Source: an uncultured Gammaproteobacteria bacterium (lineage in GTDB: Bacteria; Patescibacteriota; Patescibacteriia; UBA9934; GWF2-40-263). Taken from it: 33,169 nucleotides of DNA. The notes under the pieces were generated by a model. That model had not been told where the DNA came from and did no database searches. It was given only the letters and a program-made list of their open reading frames with translations. The stretch lies in assembly GCA_964360375.1 (NCBI GenBank), contig CAYHWG010000005.1, forward strand, positions 1 to 33,169, in the 5' to 3' direction. The position numbers and the translations under genes are program-made. Numbering within the stretch: the stretch's first letter is position 1; the number at the start of each line of letters is the position of its first letter. Below, piece by piece: positions 8,754 through 16,675 of the stretch.

Positions 8754-8792
8754 ATAATCTCCTTCCTTCCTGCCTTGCATAGAGTCTCCTTT

Positions 8793-9008
8793 TTAGGAAA
8801 GAACTGTTAGATAGTCCGTAAGGTAGCTGAACAATAAAATAGCGACGCCGATTAAAAACACGGCAACAAAAATAGAAACCATTCCTTGAACCTGTTCGTC
8901 ATCCGCAGCGATACCTTTAACCATGTTTATAGAAAAAATTAAAAAAATGAGAAGGGGGATTCCCGCTAAAATCCATCCAATTAATTTAACAAGCATGCTA
9001 AGTGTCAT
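8793..9008 (-). CDS. Small two-TM membrane protein, unknown function
   Basis: 71 aa with two clear hydrophobic helices separated by an acidic loop (AADDEQVQG). Lies 10 nt downstream of the M23 peptidase gene on the same strand. Confidence 0.5.
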   Translation of the reverse strand: MTLSMLVKLIGWILAGIPLLIFLIFSINMVKGIAADDEQVQGMVSIFVAVFLIGVAILLFSYLTDYLTVLS

Positions 9009-9018
9009 ATAAGCTCAA

Positions 9019-10221
9019 TTAATAATTTGGTAAGAATGAGAGTGGGTTCGTCGGTATTCCCTCTTTGCGCACCTCGAAATGTAAGTGCGGGCCTGTTGCA
9101 AATCCTGTCATTCCAACCGTGCCAATACGCTCACCGCGTTCAATAAATTGATCTGGAACGACCAACATCTGAGATAAATGCGCGTACAGTGTAGCAATCC
9201 CATCTGAATGAATCACCATGACGTAATTTCCGTACTGTGTCCCCTTTCGCGCCCACGCAACATATCCAGCTGCAGCCGAACGGACAGCTGTACCCGTTGG
9301 TGCCGGCATATCTATCCCTGAATGCTCAAATAAATTGCGAAAAGGATACGTAGGATCGTGAAAAAGAACGTTCACTCCACGAGCGAGTGGGTCTACAGGC
9401 CATGCGAGCATTCCTCCACGAATTTCATCTGATGGTTTTATTTTCTTTTGTAAAGACGACTGAAGCTCTTGTAATTGGTCCTGGACAAATATTTGTTCTT
9501 GCTTCAATTCCTTTAACATTTTTTGAAAACGACTTTCCGATGTTTGAACGTCCTCTACTAATAATTCTTTTGCTTCAGATTCCTCCGTGAGTTGATCCTT
9601 CTCGCGTTCAAGTTTTTGGTGAAGTTGAGCGAGTTGCTGCTGCTTATTTTTTTGTATTTCGTTTGTTTGTACAGTTTGTTCTTTGAGTTCTTGCGTCTCA
9701 TCTATGTGTTTTTTTAAATCTGTGTTCACTTGTTCCAGACGCTGAATGGCATGAAAAAAATCAGAAAAATTTTTTGAGCTATAAAATGTGTTTAAAGGAA
9801 GCTCGGCATCGTGTGTTTGTATCTTCTGAATCACACGCAAAATATACGTTCGTTCTTTTTCTAACTTTATCCCTAATTCAATCAATGCTTCTTCCGTGTC
9901 ATTCAGTTCCTTCTGAACAAGGTCTATTTCTAAACGAGCGACATCTATTTCTGCCTCTGTTTTTCCGATACGATTTTTTAAGAGATCAAGTTGATTCGTT
10001 AAAGAAATCTTTTCGGAAGCTTTTTCTGCAATTTTTTTCTTGAAATTTTCAATTTGTTCATGAATCGTATCAATGTTCTTTTTTTTCTCTTCAATACTTT
10101 CACGAATCATCGTCACATCAGAAACCGTTTCTTGTTCCGCAAAGACAGACGTTGATGTGCATAAAAAAAGGATCAACATCCCGAAAATCCAAAATGGTCT
10201 ATTCCCTCCGCCTAATGTCAT
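9019..10221 (-). CDS. Secreted coiled-coil M23/LytM-family peptidoglycan metalloendopeptidase (EnvC-like architecture)
   Basis: Signal/anchor peptide (FWIFGMLILFLCTSTSVFA), about 230 aa of heptad-rich coiled coil, then an M23 domain with HxxxD (HSGIDM) and HxH (GPHLHFEV). Confidence 0.85.
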   Translation of the reverse strand: MTLGGGNRPFWIFGMLILFLCTSTSVFAEQETVSDVTMIRESIEEKKKNIDTIHEQIENFKKKIAEKASEKISLTNQLDLLKNRIGKTEAEIDVARLEIDLVQKELNDTEEALIELGIKLEKERTYILRVIQKIQTHDAELPLNTFYSSKNFSDFFHAIQRLEQVNTDLKKHIDETQELKEQTVQTNEIQKNKQQQLAQLHQKLEREKDQLTEESEAKELLVEDVQTSESRFQKMLKELKQEQIFVQDQLQELQSSLQKKIKPSDEIRGGMLAWPVDPLARGVNVLFHDPTYPFRNLFEHSGIDMPAPTGTAVRSAAAGYVAWARKGTQYGNYVMVIHSDGIATLYAHLSQMLVVPDQFIERGERIGTVGMTGFATGPHLHFEVRKEGIPTNPLSFLPNY

Positions 10222-10227
10222 ACGTTT

Positions 10228-10425
10228 TTATTTTTTTATCGCTTTTTCAATACGAAGAAGGGATTCATCCTTTCCAAAAAGCCACAGTAATTCAAAGGGA
10301 TTAGGCGAACGTTCTTGCCCTGAAAGGGCTACACGAAGCGGCCAAAGCACATTTCCATTTTGTAGGCCTCCCTTCTCAATATACTCCTTTACAGCCTGTT
10401 CGACGAGAGGAGCCTGAAGAAATAA
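10228..10425 (-). pseudogene. gltX: In-frame continuation of gltX beyond an internal TAA, encoding the conserved GluRS C-terminal end
   Basis: My translation of the minus strand is LFLQAPLVEQAVKEYIEKGGLQNGNVLWPLRVALSGQERSPNPFELLWLFGKDESLLRIEKAIKK*. This is the typical GluRS anticodon-binding-domain terminus (WPLRVALSG..SP). It is in the same frame as 10426-11688 and ends 6 nt before the next gene start. Confidence 0.8.
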
Positions 10426-11688
10426 TTAAAAAGAAAGCGATTGGATGAACGCGAAAATATCCGTCAGTTGTTTTTTTGCATCCACAAGATCCGATTTTTT
10501 CCAAACAAGAAGCGCTGGATCATATTCAAGCACCGACATATAAATACGTGCGCTTTCTGACAGTTTTTCCAGAGTAACAAGACGATCTTTTTCGATCGTG
10601 ATTATTTTTTTCAAAAATACTTCATCCATTTCAAGACGTGCCTTCTTCAAAAAAGGTGTAACCAGTTCCATTAATTCTTCTAACGTTTTTTGTTTAAGAT
10701 ATTCACCATTCACCCACATTAATTTTTCTACATCAAAAATAGCTCCACTTTTATTGACGCGAGAGAGATCAAATCCTTCAATCAGTTCAGCAAGGGTGTA
10801 AATTTCTTTTTCCCCAGAAGGATTAAACCCAAGCAAGGAGATGTAATTAATCAGCGCTTCAGGAAGATATCCTTTATCCAAAAAATCTTCGACCGCGACA
10901 TCTCCTTGTCTTTTTGATAATTTTGAACGATCTTTATTTAAAATAAGCGGTAAGTGCGCATACACCGGTAAATCCCATCCAAACAATTGATACAAAATAA
11001 TATGTTTCGGTGTGGATGAAATCCATTCTTCCGCACGAATCACATGGGTGACATTCATCAAATGATCATCCACAACAACCCCGAGATGATACGTGGGAAA
11101 TCCATCCGTCTTCATGAGAACCTGATCGTCAATTTCACTATTTTCAATCTGAATATCCCCACGAATTTCATCATGAAATACGGTTGATCCGTTTGGAACA
11201 AATAAACGAATAACATGCGGCTCATTTTTTTGAAGTCGAGATTGAATTTCTTCCTGAGACAACCCCTTGCAATGACGATCATATTTTGTTGGTTGTTTTG
11301 CCGCTTGCTGAATTTCTCGAACTTCTTTCAAACGATCTGCCGAACAGAAACAATAATATGCACCCTCCTTTTCAATCAGCTTTTTTGCATATTCTGCGTA
11401 AAGCGACAATCGTTCTGATTGAAAATAAGGACCATGCTCCCCTTTTTCCACAAGACGATTTTGTTCTATGAAAGGACCCTCATCATAAACGATTCCCATC
11501 CGATGAAACATACGAATCAATGCCTCAACAGAACCTTCCACATAACGCGTCCGATCTGTATCTTCAACGCGTAAGAGAAATTTTCCTCCATGTTTTTTTG
11601 CATAAAAATAATTATAGAGTGCCGTACGAAGGGATCCGATGTGCATGTATCCGGTCGGTGATGGTGCAATACGAGTAACGATTTTCAT
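10426..11688 (-). CDS. gltX: Glutamyl-tRNA synthetase (first 420 codons, up to an internal TAA)
   Basis: Has the HIGH motif (PTGYMHIGSLRTALYNY) and the KMSKS motif (KLSKRQG). Start overlaps the tagA stop (ATGA). Confidence 0.9.
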   Translation of the reverse strand: MKIVTRIAPSPTGYMHIGSLRTALYNYFYAKKHGGKFLLRVEDTDRTRYVEGSVEALIRMFHRMGIVYDEGPFIEQNRLVEKGEHGPYFQSERLSLYAEYAKKLIEKEGAYYCFCSADRLKEVREIQQAAKQPTKYDRHCKGLSQEEIQSRLQKNEPHVIRLFVPNGSTVFHDEIRGDIQIENSEIDDQVLMKTDGFPTYHLGVVVDDHLMNVTHVIRAEEWISSTPKHIILYQLFGWDLPVYAHLPLILNKDRSKLSKRQGDVAVEDFLDKGYLPEALINYISLLGFNPSGEKEIYTLAELIEGFDLSRVNKSGAIFDVEKLMWVNGEYLKQKTLEELMELVTPFLKKARLEMDEVFLKKIITIEKDRLVTLEKLSESARIYMSVLEYDPALLVWKKSDLVDAKKQLTDIFAFIQSLSF

Positions 11689-12509
11689 AAACCTTTTAAT
11701 TGATGATAAATTTCTGGAAGAACTTTTTTACATGCGTGAAAAAAATTATGCTGCTTCACTGTAGCGTATACAACGATCAGAGGAAAGACGAAAGAGGCGT
11801 TCAAAATTCGATTGATGCGTTTCGGTTCAATGAAAACGCGCCATCCCCATTCAAGACCCATACGTCGCATCCAAATCGGTGCGCGCGGAATCAATCCGCC
11901 TAGTGTATCAAATGAACCACCAACGCCGACTGCAATTCGAAGTGAAGATATCGAGGGTCGGATTTCATCAATGAACTCTTCTTGCTTACCTTGTCCAAGA
12001 GCGACGATGAAAACGTGTGGTTGAAAAACGCCAATCTGATCTCTAAGAGCCGATACTATCGAGAAATGACCATCGATGTATTCAATAACCCCGGGATCAA
12101 TCGACTCGATTTCAAGACTCGGATATAATTTCTTTAGATGGTTTTTTGTTTTCTCGGCAGCATGCGGCAACCCTCCAAAAAGCATCACGCGATGTTGTGT
12201 CTGTGCAGATAATTTTGCGAGCGTATTCACAAGATCCACACCTGTATGTCGATGCAATAATGTATCTTCCGTTGTTGCTGCAATCGCAAATCGTAATCCA
12301 ACTCCGTCAGGCAATGAAAGATCGCTTTTATTTAAAAGCAAGCGAAACGATTCGTGACGCATGGTGCGCAAAATAAATTCAGGATTCGGTGTCACGATCG
12401 TTCGCGGAACCGACTCATTCATCCATCGTATTAATTGTTGCTCGAGTTCCCTTTCATCGAGATCATCGATGCGAACGCCGAAAAGTTGGTATTTTTTCAT
12501 GATTGACAT
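11685..12509 (-). CDS. tagA: WecG/TagA/CpsF-family glycosyltransferase (GT26; UDP-ManNAc/ManNAcA transferase-like)
   Basis: Family pattern is present: FGVRIDDL..., IVTPNPEFIL, LSLPDGVGLRFA, VMLFGG, ALGQGKQEEF, GVGGSFD. 274 aa. Confidence 0.8.
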   Translation of the reverse strand: MSIMKKYQLFGVRIDDLDERELEQQLIRWMNESVPRTIVTPNPEFILRTMRHESFRLLLNKSDLSLPDGVGLRFAIAATTEDTLLHRHTGVDLVNTLAKLSAQTQHRVMLFGGLPHAAEKTKNHLKKLYPSLEIESIDPGVIEYIDGHFSIVSALRDQIGVFQPHVFIVALGQGKQEEFIDEIRPSISSLRIAVGVGGSFDTLGGLIPRAPIWMRRMGLEWGWRVFIEPKRINRILNASFVFPLIVVYATVKQHNFFHACKKVLPEIYHQLKGL

Positions 12510-12531
12510 TCATTTTTTAGCACTCTATACT
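12503..12531 (+). promoter_or_regulatory. Sigma70-like promoter of clpB (TTGACA-17 nt-TATACT)
   Basis: TTGACA at 12503-12508 and TATACT at 12526-12531. The -10 hexamer lies inside the CIRCE spacer. Confidence 0.6.
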
Positions 12532-12543
12532 GGTGAGTGCTAA
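12517..12543. promoter_or_regulatory. CIRCE element (HrcA operator), perfect consensus
   Basis: TTAGCACTC-tatactggt-GAGTGCTAA is an exact match to the CIRCE consensus TTAGCACTC-N9-GAGTGCTAA. Confidence 0.85.
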
Positions 12544-12557
12544 CCTTTATCCCTCTT

Positions 12558-15191
12558 ATGCTTCCAAACAATTTTACCCTAAAATCCCAAGAAGCTCTAC
12601 AGCGCGCTCACAATATCGCCATTGAAAACGGGCAACAAGCGCTTGAACCGATCCATCTTTTAGTCGCACTTGTGACACAACCTGACGGAATTGTCCCGCT
12701 CATCATTGATAAAGTCATGACGAAAGATGCGGAACTACGACAAGAACTCGATCGTATCCTTGAAACATTACCCAAATCCCCCGCCCCTCCTGCCGGTGGG
12801 GTTGGACAGATGTATTTAAGCCAGCAAATGGCGGATGTTCTTGCAAACGCGCACAAGAAAGCAAAAGAATTTAAGGACGAATTTATTTCCACGGAACATT
12901 TACTCCTCAGCCTTCTTGAGAATCAGCCGATCGCTCGTTTACTTCTTGGTTTTGAATTAACAGAAGAAACCGTGATGCGAGCTCTCAAAGATATTCGCGG
13001 AGCACAACGTGTTGATTCCCCAGAACCAGAGGCTCGTTATCAAACACTCGAAAAATACGGCTCCGATCTCACAGAGGCCGCACAGTTAGGAGAACTCGAT
13101 CCTGTCATCGGTCGGGACGCGGAAATTCGACGATTGATGCAAGTCCTTACGCGACGCACAAAAAACAATCCTGTTCTTATTGGTGAAGCGGGTGTCGGAA
13201 AAACGGCTATTGTTGAAGGGCTCGCTCAACGCATTGCCTCAGGCGATGTTCCAGAGTTACTCAAAAATAAATCCATTTTTGTTCTTGATATTGGATCTCT
13301 TGTTGCTGGAACAAAATATCGCGGTGAATTTGAAGATCGATTAAAAGCAGTCATTAAGGAAATCGAAGGTTCCAATGGACAAATTATTTTATTCATCGAT
13401 GAATTACACACGCTTGTCGGAACAGGTACAACCGATGGTGGAACACTCGACGCATCGAACATGTTGAAACCCGCCCTTGCACGAGGAAAATTTCGTGCCA
13501 TCGGAGCAACAACCTTGAAAGAGTATCAACGCTATGTTGAAAAGGATCCAGCACTCGAGCGTCGATTTCAACCCGTCATGGTAGAAGAACCGTCCGTGGA
13601 AGATACGATCGCTATTTTACGAGGCATCAAAGAAAAATATGAAGTGCATCATGGAATTCGCATCGCAGATCCATCGATTGTCTCTGCGGCAGAACTTTCG
13701 AATCGCTATATCACCGACCGTAGATTACCGGACAAAGCAGTTGATCTCATCGATGAGGCTGGTTCTGCACTACGCATGCAAATAGATTCCATGCCGGAAG
13801 AACTCGATGAATTAAAACGTGATCTCATGCGTTATGAGATCGAAGAAAAAGCCCTCCAAAAAGAAGATGATAAGGAATCAAAAACGCGTTTAAAAGAAAT
13901 CGAAAAAAACATCGCAAATTTACGCGAGCAAACAGAGGCTCTCGAAGGAAAATGGCGCAATGAAAAAGAAAAAATCACACTCATCCAAGAAATCAAGGGA
14001 GCGCTTGATCGCCTGCGTGCCCAGGCGGAACAAGAAGAACGAAAAGGAAATTTAGAAAATGTTGCAGAGATTCGTTATGCAAAAATTCCTTCGGAAGAAA
14101 GACGATTAAAATCGGCAGAAGACGCTCTGCACAAAATACAAAAAGATCGTGGTCTCCTGAAAGAAGTTGTGACAGAAGAAGATATCGCTATTGTTGTTTC
14201 ACGATGGACAAATATTCCCGTCGCAAAAATGTTGGAATCAGAAATGAAAAAACTCACGAGAATGGAAGAGGATCTTTCAAAACGCGTCGTTGGCCAAAAA
14301 GAAGCGATTCATGCAGTATCAAATGCCCTCAGACGTTCGCGAGCTGGCATCGGCGAGGAAAAACGTCCGATCGGTTCGTTTATCTTTCTTGGCCCAACAG
14401 GTGTGGGAAAAACAGAACTTGCTCGAGCGCTTGCAGAATTCATGTTCAACGACGAATCGGCAATGATCCGACTCGACATGTCCGAATACATGGAGAAACA
14501 TTCTGTTTCAAAGATCATCGGTTCCCCACCAGGATATGTTGGCTATGAAGAAGGTGGACAACTCACTGAGCGTGTTCGACGCAAACCGTATGCGGTTCTT
14601 TTATTCGATGAGATCGAAAAAGCGCATCCGGAAACATTTAATTTACTCCTCCAAATTCTCGAAGATGGACATGTCACAGATGCAAAAGGTCGCAAAATAA
14701 ATTTCAAAAACACGATCATCATCATGACCTCAAATATTGGATCTGATCTCATCTTGAGTGCAGGAGCGATCGGAGGTACGATTGGTTTTGACACCGAAGA
14801 AAAATCTGGCGGAGAAACACGCGACATGATTCTTTCTCTCCTCAAAGAACATTTTCGTCCAGAATTTTTAAATCGTATCGACGACACCATCGTATTCCAT
14901 TCATTAAAAGAAGAAGACGTGGCTGCCATCGTTGAGATTCAGCTCGATTTAATCGCACTTCGACTCATCCATCAACGAGATATCAAAATTACCGTCACAG
15001 ATTCTGCAAAACACTTGATTGCGAAGCTTGGATACGATCCATCTTACGGTGCACGACCGATTAAGCGCGTCATTCAAACACACGTCCTTGATCCGCTTGC
15101 CATGAAGATTGTTTCTGGAGAAATCAAAGAAGGAAAAACCATTGTGATCGGAACAAAAGATGATGAAATTACTGTAACTATAAAAAAATAA
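12558..15191 (+). CDS. clpB: ATP-dependent disaggregase ClpB (two AAA+ modules plus coiled-coil M-domain)
   Basis: Walker A motifs GEAGVGKTA and GPTGVGKTE, Walker B motifs ILFIDELH and [11 protein letters not shown], and a long coiled-coil middle domain. I prefer the ATG at 12558 ([15 protein letters not shown], a typical ClpB N-terminus). The GTG at 12537 lies inside the CIRCE right arm. Confidence 0.93.
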   Translation: MLPNNFTLKSQEALQRAHNIAIENGQQALEPIHLLVALVTQPDGIVPLIIDKVMTKDAELRQELDRILETLPKSPAPPAGGVGQMYLSQQMADVLANAHKKAKEFKDEFISTEHLLLSLLENQPIARLLLGFELTEETVMRALKDIRGAQRVDSPEPEARYQTLEKYGSDLTEAAQLGELDPVIGRDAEIRRLMQVLTRRTKNNPVLIGEAGVGKTAIVEGLAQRIASGDVPELLKNKSIFVLDIGSLVAGTKYRGEFEDRLKAVIKEIEGSNGQIILFIDELHTLVGTGTTDGGTLDASNMLKPALARGKFRAIGATTLKEYQRYVEKDPALERRFQPVMVEEPSVEDTIAILRGIKEKYEVHHGIRIADPSIVSAAELSNRYITDRRLPDKAVDLIDEAGSALRMQIDSMPEELDELKRDLMRYEIEEKALQKEDDKESKTRLKEIEKNIANLREQTEALEGKWRNEKEKITLIQEIKGALDRLRAQAEQEERKGNLENVAEIRYAKIPSEERRLKSAEDALHKIQKDRGLLKEVVTEEDIAIVVSRWTNIPVAKMLESEMKKLTRMEEDLSKRVVGQKEAIHAVSNALRRSRAGIGEEKRPIGSFIFLGPTGVGKTELARALAEFMFNDESAMIRLDMSEYMEKHSVSKIIGSPPGYVGYEEGGQLTERVRRKPYAVLLFDEIEKAHPETFNLLLQILEDGHVTDAKGRKINFKNTIIIMTSNIGSDLILSAGAIGGTIGFDTEEKSGGETRDMILSLLKEHFRPEFLNRIDDTIVFHSLKEEDVAAIVEIQLDLIALRLIHQRDIKITVTDSAKHLIAKLGYDPSYGARPIKRVIQTHVLDPLAMKIVSGEIKEGKTIVIGTKDDEITVTIKK

Positions 15192-15192
15192 A

Positions 15193-15218
15193 ATAAGGCC
15201 CAAAAGCCTTATTTTTTT
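15193..15218 (+). terminator. Rho-independent terminator of clpB
   Basis: ATAAGGC-ccaaaa-GCCTTAT followed by a T-run, starting 2 nt after the clpB stop. Confidence 0.7.
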
Positions 15219-15245
15219 GTCAAAACCGCTCAAATCATCTATACT
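15217..15245 (+). promoter_or_regulatory. Sigma70-like promoter (TTGTCA-17 nt-TATACT) for the secreted-protein/priA/def/fmt transcription unit
   Basis: TTGTCA at 15217-15222 and TATACT at 15240-15245. It is only 11 nt upstream of the ATG at 15257. Confidence 0.5.
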
Positions 15246-15256
15246 AGATGGAACGT

Positions 15257-16672
15257 ATGAAGCGATTTTTTGTTGTTTATTTTGTCATTTTTCAGATGAT
15301 CTCAACCACTACTTTTGTCTTTGCACAAGAGCCGACGATTTCAAAAGATCGATTGTTATCAGATGCCCAAATGACAAATACACGCGCAATGAACAAGGAA
15401 GAACTCCGTGCATTTTTATCGCGAGGAGCTCTTGCAACGTATCAGACAAAAAACATCCTCGGAGAAACAAAAACCGCTACAGAAATCATTTATGATGCAG
15501 CAATTCAATTTCAATTGAATCCTCAATTTCTCCTTGCGCTTTTACAACGTGAGCAAAGCCTTGTTGAGGATAAAACACCGTCTAAAAATCAATTGGATTG
15601 GGCGATGGGATATTCCGTATGCGACAGCTGTTCAAAATCTGAGCCTGGAATTCAAAAATTTCGTGGATTCGGTAATCAAGTGCATTACGCAGCAGCCCGT
15701 CTACGCGAATCCTATCTTTCGGATCTTGCAATGCACGGTTCAACCTCTTCCGGAATCGGTCCAGGAATCCCTACAAAAATCGATGGAGAAATTATTATTC
15801 CTGCAAATCAAGCGACAGCATCTCTCTACACCTACACTCCACACCTGCATGGAAATCTCAATCTCGTAAAAATATGGAATCGTTGGTTTTCACAAAAATA
15901 TCCCAATGAATCGCTTTTGCAAGACAGCAACACAGGTGCGATTTGGCTCATTCAATCAGATAAGAAACGACTTGTTACATCAAAGGCGGTCTTTTATTCT
16001 CGTTTCAATCTTTCTCATGTCATCTCCGTTTCAACAGAAACATTAAACACCTATCCGAACGGATCCCCTATTCGCTTTCCGAACTATTCTCTTTTACGCT
16101 CACCAAATGGAACCGTTTATTTAATTGTGAATGATTTGCGTCGCGCATTTACATCTGATGAAGCGCTCCGAGTCGCAGGATTTTCTCCAGACGAACTGAT
16201 CGATGTGACGTTCGATGACCTCCTTGACTATCAAACAGGCGAACCGATTTCCACAAACACAATTTATGCTCAAGGGACGTTACTGCAAAACAAAAAAACC
16301 GGCGGCATTTTTTATGTACAAGATGGCCAAAAACACCCTATCTTCTCTCGTGAGATTCTCGCATCTCGTTTTTCACAACCACATATTTTGGCCGTATCAC
16401 CTGATCGCCTCGAAGCGTATAAAACGGCAGAACCACTTTTATTTTCAGACGGATCCCTCATCGGAGTCAAAGGTTCTTCAGAAGTTTTTGTGATTGAAAA
16501 TGGCCTGCGTCGACCTATTTCCGATGAAGGAACATTTCTAACGTTTGGCTTTAAATGGAATCGTATCGCATGGACAAACGAGCGTTCCGTACTTTTACAA
16601 CCACTTGGATTGCCTCTTTCAAACATCTTACCAAAAGACGATCCTGATTTTTATGCGGTATCCATCAAATAA
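15257..16672 (+). CDS. Secreted protein: N-terminal conserved domain of unknown (possibly cell-wall-related) function plus four C-terminal ~60-aa repeats
   Basis: From the ATG at 15257 the product starts MKRFFVVYFVIFQMISTTTFVFA|QE, a canonical signal peptide. The alternative ATG at 15248 lies 2 nt from the -10 box. The C-terminal half holds four repeats of the pattern xSLLxxxxxGxhhhhxxGxxRxhxSxxxhxxxGF. Confidence 0.6.
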   Translation: MKRFFVVYFVIFQMISTTTFVFAQEPTISKDRLLSDAQMTNTRAMNKEELRAFLSRGALATYQTKNILGETKTATEIIYDAAIQFQLNPQFLLALLQREQSLVEDKTPSKNQLDWAMGYSVCDSCSKSEPGIQKFRGFGNQVHYAAARLRESYLSDLAMHGSTSSGIGPGIPTKIDGEIIIPANQATASLYTYTPHLHGNLNLVKIWNRWFSQKYPNESLLQDSNTGAIWLIQSDKKRLVTSKAVFYSRFNLSHVISVSTETLNTYPNGSPIRFPNYSLLRSPNGTVYLIVNDLRRAFTSDEALRVAGFSPDELIDVTFDDLLDYQTGEPISTNTIYAQGTLLQNKKTGGIFYVQDGQKHPIFSREILASRFSQPHILAVSPDRLEAYKTAEPLLFSDGSLIGVKGSSEVFVIENGLRRPISDEGTFLTFGFKWNRIAWTNERSVLLQPLGLPLSNILPKDDPDFYAVSIK

Positions 16673-16675
16673 TCT

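Noticed and set aside
8484-8792. Possible tRNA, SRP RNA, RNase P RNA, tmRNA or riboswitch in the long spacer
   Set aside because: I could not find a T-loop (GGTTCGAAT, only a partial GGTCGAAT), the SRP GGAA/AGCA motifs or the RNase P GAGGAAAGTCC motif. Both flanking genes end here, so a cis-regulatory leader has nothing to regulate. An unclassified sRNA cannot be excluded.
10073-10417. 114-aa plus-strand ORF spanning the M23 start and the gltX tail
   Set aside because: The opposite strand encodes recognisable M23 N-terminal and GluRS C-terminal sequence. The plus-strand product has no family resemblance.
10426-10428. Alternative genetic code (TAA as a sense codon, or code 25 with UGA=Gly) as the explanation for the gltX interruption
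   Set aside because: TAA terminates many well-bounded genes here, including rplQ, rpmJ, clpB and greA. TGA terminates mreC, lysS and GT2 genes exactly at ATGA stop/start overlaps. No other conserved gene in the window shows in-frame stops.
12537-12557. GTG start for clpB at 12537
   Set aside because: It lies within the CIRCE right arm and at or upstream of the predicted transcription start. The ATG at 12558 gives the canonical ClpB N-terminus.
12608-15233. Multiple 60-128-aa antisense or out-of-frame ORFs inside clpB (for example 14543-14929 minus, 14204-14548 plus)
   Set aside because: All are nested within a strongly supported 877-aa gene. They have Ser/Arg-rich shadow composition and no start-site signals.
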